In this document: positions 28,266-40,299 of the stretch, in pieces
Numbering within the stretch: position 1 is the stretch's first letter
How the letters are laid out: every line of letters starts with the position of its first letter
NCBI RefSeq assembly: GCF_963921235.1
Contig: NC_086118.1
Coordinates: forward strand, 13,456,001-13,520,000
Direction of reading: 5' to 3'
DNA from: Mobula hypostoma
Lineage: Eukaryota
Length of the DNA: 64,000 nucleotides
Notes under the pieces: model-generated
Databases searched by the model: none
What the model saw: the letters and a program-made list of their open reading frames with translations, nothing else
Told to the model about the DNA's origin: nothing
Made by a program: the position numbers and the translations under genes

Positions 28266-28783
28266 GTCAATCAACAGAATAGTCCTTGAAAGTGAGATGA
28301 ACAGTTCTTGAGCCTGTGTCCATAGGTTGTTGGAAGAGTTCAGTGATGCTCAGTGACCATTGTAGCTGATGCATAAATTGATACAGAGTATCTTTTTCTC
28401 TTTTATATTTTAATGTTAGTTCTTAATAAAGTAACTGACTCATAACACAAAAAAATATGAAAACACACGGCCAATTAACTATTTAGGTACATATGATGAT
28501 GCATTCGATGTGATGATATATTAAATGTACTGTTGACATTATCCTGATTGGTTGCATCATGATGTGGCACAGCAATTTGAATTTGCAGTAAAGTTAGGAG
28601 TTGCAGAGTAGCAGACTCTGCACAATATATCACAGGCACATTGCTACCCACTATCTGTAGTATGGACATGACATGTTGTCTCAAGATGGCAACATCTGTC
28701 ATCAAAGGTTCTCACTATTTAGGCCATGCCATCAGGCAGGAAGTACAGAAGTCCCACACCATCAGGTTCAAGAACAGTTATTT

Positions 28784-29420
28784 ATGATTATGAGGACACA
28801 CAGTCCCCTTTTATTGTCATTTAGTAATGCATGCATTAAGAAATGATAAAAATGTTTTTCCAGAATGATATCAGGAAAACACATGACAAACCGACTTAAA
28901 AACTAACAAAAACCACATAATTATAACATATAGTTACAACAGTGCAAAGCAATACCGTAATTTGATAAGCACAGTAAAAGTCTCAAAGTCTCTCGGAAGT
29001 CCCATCATCTCACGCAGACGGTAAACCTCCAGCGCCGCCAACTTGCCGATGCAGCATCCCGGAAGCATCTGACTACAGTCCAACTCCGAGTCCATCCGAA
29101 AAACTCCGAGCCTCCGACCACCTTTTCGACACCGAGCACCGAGCACCATCTCTGCTAAGCGTTTCAACCCCAGCCCCGGCAACAAGCGATATGCAAAGTT
29201 GAGGATTTGGGGCCTTCATCTCTGGAGATTCTCGATCACACAGCAGCAGCGGCAGTGAAGCAGGCATTTCAGAAGTTTCACCAAATGTTCCTCTGCGCTT
29301 TCTCACGGCTGTCCCCATCAAATCCGGATTGATGCACGGCCCCCTAGTTACACATATCGATATTCATTCGGAACGGGCGTGCGCGCTGCGTCGCGCCGCC
29401 ATCTTCTCTTCCCTTCACTT
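28784..29420 (-). mobile_element. Non-coding retroposon with AAGATGGCG head, copy 2, inserted in a Rex1 3' end
   Basis: TSD CAGTTATTT/CAGTTACTT; homologous to 12079-12723. Confidence 0.82.
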
Positions 29421-30379
29421 CAGTTACTTTTCTTCAACCAGTTGTTCCTTGAACCAGCCTTCACATCCCTAATCCCTACCTCAGCATAGCAAAACAATGA
29501 CCACTTCGATCACTTTGCACTAAAATGAACTGTTTTATTGTGTTTTTCCCTTGTCAAAATTGCATTCAATTCATGTAGAATTTATATTTATCTTGTGAAT
29601 GCTGCTTATATGATGCTGCTGCAAGTAAGCTTTTCATTGCACCTGTGCATGCGTTAACTTCTGCATATGACAGTAGGCTCAGCAATGACTCTGATATATT
29701 TGTATAAAATATAAATGCAGCTATAAATTAATCTGCCTACAGGTTCTTCTGTGATCTCAGGAACTGCAGAGGTGTGTTTGGCATTCCAGAAGTGTGCAGT
29801 CCAGACACCCCTGAGCTTGATTCATCACCTCCTCCTGCAGTTGCGTGTCATCTCTTCAACTTCATTTTTCTGATGTCTCTTAGTAAACATTCTGCCAGCA
29901 AATAGCTGCATCCCAAATCTTATCCTGTACTATAAACCACAAAAAAGCTAATAGTCACAATGTTGATTACCATCATCTCATATCCAAGTGATCAACGTGA
30001 TTTTTTTTCCCATATTTTCACTAAGTACATCTTGACTCCTGAGAAAATCTTGCCACACCCATGCTAATAAACTTCCAAAGCCTGATTAATGGATCACTTT
30101 CACATTGCTTCCCATATGAAAACTGTATTTCCTGCTTTTATGATCTGTGTCATTCTTTCTGGGCTCTTTTCTTTCCTCAACTGTCCTTCCTGAGATATAC
30201 CAAACCCAGCCTTGTCTGAGGGATTGTTCAATCTCCCCTATTAGATAATGGGAATGGTGATGCCCAAAAGTGTCAGATTCCATTTGAGTGTATTAATGGG
30301 ACAAATGGTGCTAAATGACAATTATCAGAAATCAGTTCATCTGGGAGCTGTGGGTGGCTAAAACACACCCCAGTCTTAT

Positions 30380-30852
30380 ATGAAAGTTGCTGGTGAATAC
30401 AGCAGGCCAGGCAGCATCTCTAGGAAGAGGTACAGTCGACGTTTCGGGCCGAGACCCTTCGTCAGGACTAACTGAAAGAAGAGCTAGTAAGAGATTTGAA
30501 AGTGGGAGGAAGAGGCGGAGATCCAAAATGATAGGAGAAAGCAGGAGCGGGAGGGATGGAGCCAAGAGCTGGACAGTTGACTGGCAAAAGGGATATGAGA
30601 GGATCATGGGGACAGGAGGCCCAGGGAGAAGGAAAAGGGGAAGGGGGGGGACCCAGAGGATGGGCAAGGGATATAGTCAGAGGAACAGAGGGAGAAAAAG
30701 GAGAGAGAGAAAAAGAATGTTTGTATATCAATAAATAACAGATGGGGTACGAGGGGGAGGTGGGGCATTTGCGGAAGTTTGAGAAATCAATGTTCATGCC
30801 ATTTATTTATATACACACATCTCTCTCTCCTTTTTCTCCCTCTGTCCCTCTC
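30380..30852 (-). mobile_element. Penelope-derived short element with hammerhead and a 5' inversion
   Basis: Shares GCAGGCCAGGCAGCATCTCTAGGAAG with the 34.1-kb and 43.6-kb copies; 30801-30852 is an inverted copy of about 30680-30738. Confidence 0.75.
30434..30469 (-). ncRNA. Minimal type I hammerhead ribozyme motif (Penelope type)
   Basis: AGTC-CTGACGA-AGGGTCTCGGCCC-GAAA-C-GTC-GACT: stem I AGUC/GACU, CUGANGA and GAAA cores, GUC cleavage triplet. Confidence 0.8.
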
Positions 30853-31469
30853 AATCTGTTTCATGTTTCTTTATATAACCAAAGAAGATCATTCAAACCA
30901 TCAAGTGTATATTGGTTCTCAGTCTCAAACCCCACTTAATTACTTGTAATATTTTTCCTTACGTACCCATCAGTTCCTGTCACCTGATTTCTGGTCATTC
31001 CTTTTTTTGTTGCTAATTTGGGCAATTTTGATCAGGACAGCCTGCAGATAACAAACTGACCTGAACTGAATATGCCTGGACTCTTTTGATATTGTGTTTT
31101 ATATTCTGTTTCTTGCACATTTTTCTCTTGTTGCAGTTTGCACGATTTGTTTATTTTGTGCTTGGAAGAGTGGGAGGTTGATATTTTTCTTTTAATAGGT
31201 TGCATGGCTTTCTTTTATTTGGTTTTCTTTGTTTTGTGACTGTCTGTGGGAAATACGAATTTCGGGGTTGTACACTGCATACGTACTTTGATAATAAATG
31301 TACTTTGAATCTGAATGGCTATGAAGATTCTCAGTTATCCAAGCCATTGCATATCAAGCAGTAGTAATTCAAGGCAACTGGACTTGTTGTGTTGTCTAGA
31401 AGACATCTTGCCACTCCTCTGAGAGGCTTCCTCAGTTTAACAGACAGAGGTAAGGAGCATAGCAGATGG

Positions 31470-31880
31470 AAAAGTATAATCATCCTGTATGTAGCTGGAG
31501 TTTCAGAGAAACTCAGAAGAATTTTCAACAAACACCAAACCCCTGTGTTTTTCAAATCTACAAACACTCTCAGACAGAAACTCGTCTATCCCAAGGATCC
31601 GATACCCAAACATAAACAGAGCAATATTGTATATGCTATCCAACACAATGAGAACTGCACAGATCTGTATGTCAGTGAGACAAAACAACCACTTCACAAA
31701 CAGATTGCCCAACATAGGAGGGTTAACACTTCAGATCAAGATTCGACTGTATGCCTACATTTAAAGGACAAGGGACACTCCATTGATGATAACAAAGTGC
31801 ACATTTTGGACAGGGAGGACAGGTGGTTTGAAAGAGGGGTTAAGGACTCCATCTTTGTAAAACTGGAAAACTATCCCTGA
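31470..31880 (+). pseudogene. Penelope GIY-YIG endonuclease domain (degenerate)
   Basis: LYVAGVSEKLRRIF..NTLRQKLVYPKD..SNIVYAIQ..CTDLYVSETKQPLHKQIAQH..HILDREDRWFERGVKDSI. Confidence 0.9.
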
Positions 31881-32107
31881 ACAGAGAGGGTGTGGTGGGA
31901 CACCACCCATCAGCTACTTACAGTCCAGTCCTAACATCTTTACCCCAGGGTCCCCACAATAGTTCACATCTCCAGATAAGACTAATGACCCTCTCATTAC
32001 CTCTATGACTCTTAATGACCATCATGTGATTGCTATAATTTTAAACAACTCACAGAGTTTATTAGCTGGATCAGCAGTGAGGAGGCCTCTTGGATGAGTG
32101 GTGAAAT

Positions 32108-33639
32108 TGTTACATGGGGTGCTGGGAACAGACCCAAATGCAAGACACAGACACTGAAGTACAAGGAACAGGACTAGACTAGAGTAAGGATGTAACAGGA
32201 TTCAGGCAAGGAGCAGGGACAAGAGCACAGAATTGGGCTAGGGAAAGCGGGACCAGGACTAGGAACCATGGACTAGGAGACAAGGCTTGGACTCCAAGCC
32301 CAAGACTGGACAAGGACCTAGAACCTGGGTCTTGCCTTGGGCTTGGACCCCAGAACCAGGCAAGGACATGACATGGCTGGGGTCTAGAGGCCCAAGCCTG
32401 GAGACAAGACAAGACTCAGACTCCGAGCCCGAGACTGGACAAGGACCCAGAACCTGGGTCTTGCCTCGGGCTCGGACCCCAGAACCAGGCAAGGACATGA
32501 CATGGCTTAAGGCTTGGGGGTCGGGTCTTGAGGCTTGGCTGTGGGATCGTCGAGGCTTGGGGGTCTTGGAGCTTGGCTGGGGGATCTTCGAGGCTTGGGT
32601 TCTTGGAGCTCGGCTGCGGGATCTTCGTCTTGAAATGCGGAGGCTGATATTTTGGAGGCTGGAGCTGAGAAGCAGACTGGGAACTGAACATCAACATAGA
32701 GCCGGAACTTATCCTTCGACAAGCCAGGACTCATCTTTAACACAACACTAACATGAGACAGGACAGAACATGGACATAGAGCCGGAACTTATCCTACGAC
32801 AAGCCGGGACTCAACTTCATCTCCACACCAAGGTGGGACAGGTCTCTCCGTCAGGTAATGGCAGAACGGCCTGACTTACTCAACAGAGGCAAGGACAAGA
32901 CAAGACAGGTCCCCCCCAGGGCAATGGCAAGACAGCCTGACTTACTCCACAGAGGCAAGGACAAGACAAGACAAGACATGACCCACCCCCCTGCAGGGCA
33001 ACGGCAGGGTGGCCTGACTTACCCTCCAGAGGCGAGGACAAGACAAGACATGACCCACCCACGGGGCAATGGGGCAATGGCAAGACGGCCTGACTTATCC
33101 CATGAAGGCAAGGACAAGACAAGACATGACCCTCCGCGGGGCAACAGCAAGACAGCTGATTTACCCCACAGAGGCAAGGACAAGAAGAGACAAACACCAA
33201 AGAACAACAGACAGTTCCATCGCTGCTCCGGGGTAGCTCCAAGTCACAGTTCAGCCAGCAACCTCAGCTGGCTACGGAAACAGCCGGATCTCTACCTAGC
33301 TCGGAGTGGCTGGCAGCCACTCAGCTGGCCTGGGAAACAGCCAAATCCATACCGCAAAGACTACTCCAACAAGTGGCAACAAGGCTTCATGAAGCAGTGG
33401 TCCTCCAACCAGGCCTAGAGATCACAAATGATTTCATCAGCAGGTTGCTCCAAGGGGGGCTGACAAGACAAACCAGCAGCCCACACTTAATCCCAAGGCT
33501 ACTCATATTGCAAGCCCAAAGATGGGAATCAGGTACCTTTGATTTAGTCAAACAAGAGTACAGCTGAAAGACCTGGAGTCCTGAGTCCATGGACCGGACC
33601 GTGAACCGGAATGCGGACTTCACAGACCGGACCATGACA
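32108..33639 (-). mobile_element. 1532-bp solo LTR (Gypsy-like) with internal tandem expansions
   Basis: TGTTA...TGACA ends; perfect 5-bp TSD GAAAT (32103-32107 and 33640-33644); no PBS or pol; internal repeats with periods of about 129, 39, 80 and 65-77 bp. Strand inferred from LTR-end composition. Confidence 0.88.
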
Positions 33640-34113
33640 GAAATGTCTTCCAGAGAACACACCAAGTCCAGTTTCCTTAATTTACTACTGCCTGATATTT
33701 GAATCCAAATCTGCTACCAGAATGGGCTGAGGGGCCTGTACCTGTACTAAGTTTTATGTTCTACCACTCACTATTCTCAAGGAAAATTACAGTGTCAAGT
33801 TTATCTACCAGCCAGTATTCTTTGGGTATAGGTGGAGACCAAGACAAACAGGAGAAACCTTCCCAGTCACCAAAGGTTGCTCCATCTCTCAGTGAAGGTT
33901 GGACCAATATTTCTTTTTCCTGATCTTCTGACTGAATTTCTCCTCAATTAGGAACAGATCATTGTATCATTTATCTTGCTATTGTTTTGTAGGAAATTAT
34001 AATGTCTAACACCTTTCTGCATTTGTTAACATTATAAATGAGACAGAACTTTTACAAAGATCTCTCTGTATTGTCAAACACTGAAGAAGTGAAAAGCATT
34101 TTAAATATGCACA

Positions 34114-34478
34114 CACAAGGAAATCTGCAGATGCTGGAAATTCAAGCAACTCACACAAAATGCAGGTGGAACGCAGCAGGCCAGGCAGCATCCCTAGGAA
34201 GAAGCACAGTCAGCGTTTCGGGCCGAGACCCTTCATCAGGACTAACTGAAAGAAGAGATAGTAAGAAATTTGAAAGTGGGAGTGGGAGGGGAAGGGGGAG
34301 ATCCAAACCCTCCTGTCTTCTCCTATCATTTCAGATCTCCACCTCCCACTTTCAAATCTCTTACTAGCTCTTCTTTGAGTTAGTCCTGACGAAGGGTCTT
34401 GCCCAGAAATGTCGACTGTGCTTCTTCCTATGGAGGATGTCTGGCCTGCTGCGTTCACCAGCATTTTGTGTGTGTTGC
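34114..34478. mobile_element. Fold-back Penelope-derived short element with two opposed hammerhead copies
   Basis: Inverted arms; motifs at 34208-34243 (minus) and 34382-34417 (plus), both mutated; imperfect TSD TTAAATATGCACA / TTATACATGCACA. Confidence 0.8.
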
Positions 34479-34989
34479 TTATACATGCACATCTGTTTGC
34501 TGCTGGTGTTCTCATTTAATGATTTGATATTCCCTTGCATGTTAGTAAATCATACAATTGTCTAATGTACCTTACTTCTTCAGCTGACATATTCTAGTTA
34601 ATTAAGCATGAAAACATGTCTAAGTAGTTTCCATGGTTAGATCTTTATTTGCTTATTTGCACTGTTCATTAAAGTTGATCCCCTGATCTCACAAGTAGCG
34701 ATAAACTCTCCCTTGATCTGGCAGACATTGCTATCAAAGAAGAAGAGAAAATGCAGCAAACAGTTCTGTAAATTCTGAATTATTTAATTAATTTATAAAT
34801 CTCTCCATGTCTGATAGAAACTTCATCTTAATTCAAAAACGACTGGCCTGAAGCAATGAAGATTAAATGGAAAACAATGCTCAGTTCAGGTCAGTGGTGC
34901 CAAGTATCTACTATTTAACTTTGAACGGCACAGTGGTTGTGTCAAACTATTTAAGCTAATGGTACCTAATCCCTGCTGCCTGCACATAG

Positions 34990-36890
34990 TCCATAGACCA
35001 GGAAACATAGAAACTTAATTAGCCATTCGGCCCATTGAGTCTGCTCTGCCATTCTACCATGGCTGACTTATTATTCCCCTGAACCCCATTCTCCTGCTTT
35101 CTCCCTGTAACGTTTGACACCCTTACTAATCAAGAACCCATCAACCTCCACTTTAAATATACCTAATAACTTGCCCTCCACAGCTGTCTGTGGCAATTAG
35201 TTCCACAAATTCACCACCTTCTGGCTAAAGAAATTCCTCCTCTTCACTGTTCTAAAGGGATGTATTCTGAGACTGTACCCTCTGGTCCAAGACTTTCCCA
35301 CTATAGGAAATATCCACTCCAGTCCTACTCTATCTAGCCTTTCATTATTCAATTGATTTCAATGATATCCCCACCCATTCTTCTAAACTCAGTACAGGCT
35401 CTGAGCCATCAGATATTCCTCATACATTAATCCTTTCATTCCTGGGACCATTCTCTTGAACCTCCTCTGGACTCTCTCCATTGTCAGCATATCCTTTCTT
35501 CTATAAGGGGCCCAAAACTGCTCATCATATTCCTAGGATGGTCTGACCAATGCCTTATAAAGCCTCCACATTACATGTTTGTTTTTATATTCTAGTCCTC
35601 TTGAAATGTTCAAAGTTGAATGTAAAATTTTATTATCAGAGTACATACATGTCACCACATACCACCCTGAGATTCTTTTTCTGTGGGCATTCTTAGCAAA
35701 TCAATATAACTGTAACTGTAAACAGGAACTGTTAACTGTAAACAAACTGTGCAAATGCAAATGATAAATAAATAACAATAAATAACAAGCATGAAATAAC
35801 AAGATAAAAGGGTCCCCTTTTGTTCAAGAGCCTGTTGGTTGAGGTGTAGTAACTGTTCTTGAACAAGGTGGTGCAAGTCCTGAGGCTCTAGTACCTTCCA
35901 CCTTCTGTCTGATGGCAGTAGTGAGAAAAGAACATGGTCTGGGTGTGAGGACCTTTGATGATGGATGCTGCTTTTCTATAGCAACATTTCAAATAGATGT
36001 GCTCAATGGTTGGCAGGGTTTTACCTGTGATGTTCTGTGCCGAATCCACTATTTTAGTAGGATTTTCTGCTCAAAGGCGTTGGTGTTCCATACCAGGCTG
36101 TAATGCTGCCAGTCAGCACACTTTCCACCTCACATGTACAGAAGTCTGCCAAGGTTCTTGAATGCATGCCAAATCTCTGCAGACTCCTGAGGAAGTAGTG
36201 GCAATGTCATGCTTTCTTCAGTTATATTTACATGATGGGTCCAGGACAGGAAATGAATGCTAAATTATATTTGTCTTCCTTACTACTGATGAAACCTGCA
36301 TGTTAGCCTTTATGGAATCCTGGACCAGGATTCACAAATCCCTTTGCAACTCTGATTTCTTAATTTGCTCTCCATTTAGAAAATAGTCTACTCCTTTATT
36401 CCTTCTACCAAAGTGCATGACCATACACATCCCTACACTGTATTTCTTCTGTCACATCTTTGCCCGTTATCTCAATCTGTCCATGTCCTTCTCCTGACTC
36501 CCTATTTCCTCAGCACTACTTGCCCCTCCACCTAACTTTCTATTGTCCACAAACTTGGACCCAAAGCCATTAATTCTGTCATCCAGATTATTGACAATAA
36601 ACATGAAAAGCAACAGTCCCAATACAAAACCTTGTGGAACACCAGTCAACCAGAAAAGGCCCACTCACTTCCCCTCCCAATCAGCCAATTCTCTATCCAT
36701 GCTAGTAACCTTCCCATAATACCACCACGGGTTCTTATTTCATTTGTGGCATCTTGTCAAAGGCTTTCTGAAGATACAAGTAAACAACATCCACTGACTT
36801 TCCTTTGTTTATCCTGCCAGTTATTTTCTCAAAGTATTCTAACATATTAGTCAGGTAAGATTTTCTCTTAGGGAAACTATGCTGACTTCA
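34990..36890 (-). mobile_element. Degenerate CR1 with a nested Rex1 fragment
   Basis: GVPQGFVLGLLLF..KFVD; CR1 3' UTR at about 35000-35100. Confidence 0.85.
35609..36249 (-). mobile_element. Rex1/Babar 3' fragment nested in CR1
   Basis: TSD GAAATG (35603-35608 and 36250-36255); IKGPH..HVL motif and AATAAA tail on the minus strand. Confidence 0.8.
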
Positions 36891-37146
36891 GTTGACTACT
36901 TATAGCGTATATTACTCCATTCTCTGCGTGGTTGTATGTCTACCCAAGAGTCTCTTAACTGCTTCTACCATATCAGCGTGCACTACCATTTCCTGGCAAA
37001 TCAATCCAGGCACCCACTACTCTATGTAAAATACTTACATCTCCCCCAGTCTTCCCTCCTCACCGCAAGTGCGTATTTTCTAGCATTAGACATGTCTACC
37101 CTGGGAAAAGAGATACTGGCTGTCTACTCTGTCTATTCCTCACATA

Positions 37147-37670
37147 CGAGGGGTGATTGATAAGTTTGTGGCCTAAGATAGAAGGAGTCAATTTTAGAAA
37201 GCCTAGCACATTTATTTTTCAACATAGTCCCCTCCTACATTTACATATTTAGTCCAGCAGTTGTGGAGCATACGGATCCCTTCTTTGTAGAAATCAACGT
37301 CTTGGACCTCCAGAAAGTGTCCAGAGCAGAGGTGATTGATAAGTTCATGGCCTAAGGTGGAAGGAGATGAGCTACACAGCTCTCGTTACATGCACGTGCA
37401 GTTCAACACTTTGAGTGATTATGCAGAAAGTTTGAAGTTAATAACTCATCTCCTTCTACCTTAGGCCATAAACTTATCAATCAACCCTGCTGTGGACCAC
37501 TTTCTGGAGGTCCAAGACACCTATTCCTACCAAGAAGGGATCTGTATGCTCCACGACCACTGGACTAAGTGTGTAAATGTAGGAAGGGACTATGTTGAAA
37601 AATAAATGTGCTAGGTTTTCTAAAATTGACTCTTTCTACCTTAGACCACGAACTTATCAATAACCCCTTG
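37147..37670 (+). mobile_element. Palindromic Tc1/mariner MITE
   Basis: TA TSD (37145-37146 and 37671-37672); inverted arms of about 225 bp; right arm encodes a mariner transposase C-terminus (QEGICMLHDHWTKCVNVGRDYVEK*). Confidence 0.92.
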
Positions 37671-38164
37671 TAATTGTATAAATTATCTCATCATAGATCT
37701 TCCCTCAGAGCTTATCACCCTAAAATTTTTGGATACATCACCCTACAAATTCCATCATGGGTTGTTTGTTTTTGTTAGTGCTGGAGTTAAATTATGCTGA
37801 CAGATATATTTAACTTCACTCTGGAACAATCCACTGTCTCCTCGGTTTTCAAGGTGGTAACCATCATTTCAGTGTCAAAGAAGGCATCAGTAACATGCCT
37901 AATAACTATCATCCAGTGGCAGTAACATTAACCATTATGAAATGCTTTGAGCAGCTGGTCATGAAGCACATTAAAGCCTTTTTCCTAGCTACATTAGACC
38001 CTTTCCAGTTCACTTATCGCTCAAATCGGTCCATTAACGATGCAATAGTCTCTGCCCTCCACTCTGTCCTGTCCCACCTGGAGAATGGGGTCTCATATGC
38101 CAGACTGCTATTTATAGACTTCAATTCGGCATTCAACACCATCATACCCCAGAAACTGGTGGAG

Positions 38165-40299
38165 AAACATAGAAACATAGAAAATAGGTGCAGGAGTAGG
38201 CCATTCGGCCCTTCGAGCCTGCACCGCCATTTATTATGATCATGGCTGATCATCCAACTCAGAACCCAGCCTTCCCTCCATACCCCCTGACCCCTGTAGC
38301 CACAAGGGCCATATCTAACTTCCTTTTAAACATAGCTAATGAACTGGCCTCAACAGTTTGCTGTGGCAGAGAATTCCACAGATTCACCACTCTCTGTGTG
38401 AAGAAGTTTTTCCTAACCTCGGTCCTAAAAGGCTTCCCCTCTATCCTCAAACTGTGACCCCTCGTTCTAGACCTCCCCAACATCGGGAACAATCTTCCTG
38501 CATCTAGCCTGTCCAATCCCTTTAGGATCTTATACGTTTCAATCAGATCCCCCCTCAATCTTCTAAATTCCAACGAGTACAAGCCCAGTTCATCCAGTCT
38601 TTCTTCATATGAAAGACCTGCCATCCCAGGAATCAATCTGGTGAACCTTCTTTGTACTCCCTCTATGGCAAAGATGTCTTTCCTCAGATTAGGGGACCAA
38701 AACTGCACACAATACTCCAGGTGTGGTCTCACCAAGGCCTTGTACAACTGCAGTAGTACCTCCCTGCTCCTGTACTCGAATCCTCTCGCTATAAATGCCA
38801 GCATACCGTTCGCCTTTTTCACCGCCTGCTGTACCTGCATGCCCACTTTCAATGACTGGTGTATAATGACACCCAGGTCTCGTTGCACCTCCCCTTTTCC
38901 TAATCGGCCACCATTCAGATAATAATCTGTTTTCCTATTTTTGCCACCAAAGTGGATAACTTCACATTTATCCACATTAAATTGCATCTGCCATGAGTTT
39001 GCCCACTCACCCAACCTATCCAAGTCACCCTGCATCCTCTTAGCATCCTCCTCACTGCTAACACTGCCACCCAGCTTCGTGTCATCCGCAAACTTGGAGA
39101 TGCTGCATTTAATTCCCTCATCCAAGTCATTAATATATATTGTAAACAACTGGGGTCCCAGCACTGAGCCTTGCGGTACCCCACTAGTCACCGCCTGCCA
39201 TTCTGAAAAGGTCCCGTTTATTCCCACTCTTTGCTTCCTGTCTGCTAACCAATTCTCCACCCACACCAATACCTTACCCCCAATACCGTGTGCTTTAAGT
39301 TTGCACACTAATCTCCTATGTGGGACCTTGTCAAAAGCCTTTTGAAAATCCAAATATACCACATCCACTGGTTCTCCCCTATCCACTCTACTAGTTACAT
39401 CCTCAAAAAATTCTATGAGATTCGTCAGACATGATTTTCCTTTCACAAATCCATGCTGACTTTGTCCGATCATTTCACCGCTTTCCAAATGTGCTGTTAT
39501 CACATCCTTGATAACTGACTCCAGCAGTTTCCCCACCACCGACGTTAGGCTAACCGGCCTATAATTCCCCGGTTTCTCTCTCCCTCCTTTTTTAAAAAGT
39601 GGGGTTACATTAGCCACCCTCCAATCCTCAGGAACTAGTCCAGAATCTAACGAGTTTTGAAAAATTATCACTAATGCATCCACTATTTCTTGGGCCACTT
39701 CCTTAAGCACTCTGGGATGCAGACCATCTGGCCCTGGGGATTTATCTGCCTTCAATCCCTTCAATTTACCTAACACCACTTCCCTACTAACATGTATTTC
39801 GCTCAGTTCCTCCATCTCACTGGACCCTCTGTCCCTTACTATTTCTGGAAGATTATTTATGTCCTCCTTAGTGAAGACAGAACCAAAGTAATTATTCAAT
39901 TGGTCTGCCATGTCCTTGCTCCCCATAATCAATTCACCTGTTTCTGTTTGCAGGGGACCTACATTTGTCTTTATCAGTCTTTTCCTTTTTACATATCTAT
40001 AAAAGCTTTTACAGTCCGTTTTTATGTTCTCTGCCAGTTTTCTCTCATAATCTTTTTTCCCCTTCCTAATTAAGCCCTTTGTCCTCCTCTGCTGAACTCT
40101 GAATTTCTCCCAGTCCTCAGGTGAGCCACTTTCTCTGGCTAATTTGTATGCTACTTCTTTGGAATTGATACTATCCCTAATTTCTCTTGTCAGCCACGGG
40201 TGCACTACCTTCCTTGATTTATTCTTTTGCCAAACTGGGATGAACAATTGTTGTAGTTCATCCATGCAACCTTTAAATGCCTGCCATTGCATATCCACC
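38165..40299 (-). mobile_element. Young 5'-truncated CR1 LINE
   Basis: Uninterrupted RT frame, 3' UTR and (TTCTATGT)n tail; interrupts a plus-strand Rex1 RT. Confidence 0.95.

Larger units (their letters stand above)
31318..33699 (+). mobile_element. Penelope-like element 3' fragment with an inverted 5' pseudo-LTR, split by a solo LTR
   Basis: GIY-YIG ORF; 31350-31436 is an inverted copy of 32078-32107 joined to 33645-33699. Confidence 0.88.

Noticed and set aside
30086..30283. 65-aa ORF with faint resemblance to a DNA-transposase fragment
   Set aside because: Similarity too weak to call without a profile search; no terminal repeats found
32868..33185. Regularly spaced repeats resembling a CRISPR array
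   Set aside because: The spacers are homologous to each other, the repeats are degenerate, the array lies inside a TSD-bounded LTR, and there are no cas genes in this eukaryotic context
32179..33418. Repetitive ORFs on both strands (for example 32287-32751 and 32858-33418)
   Set aside because: By-products of tandem repeats within the solo LTR; no protein motifs
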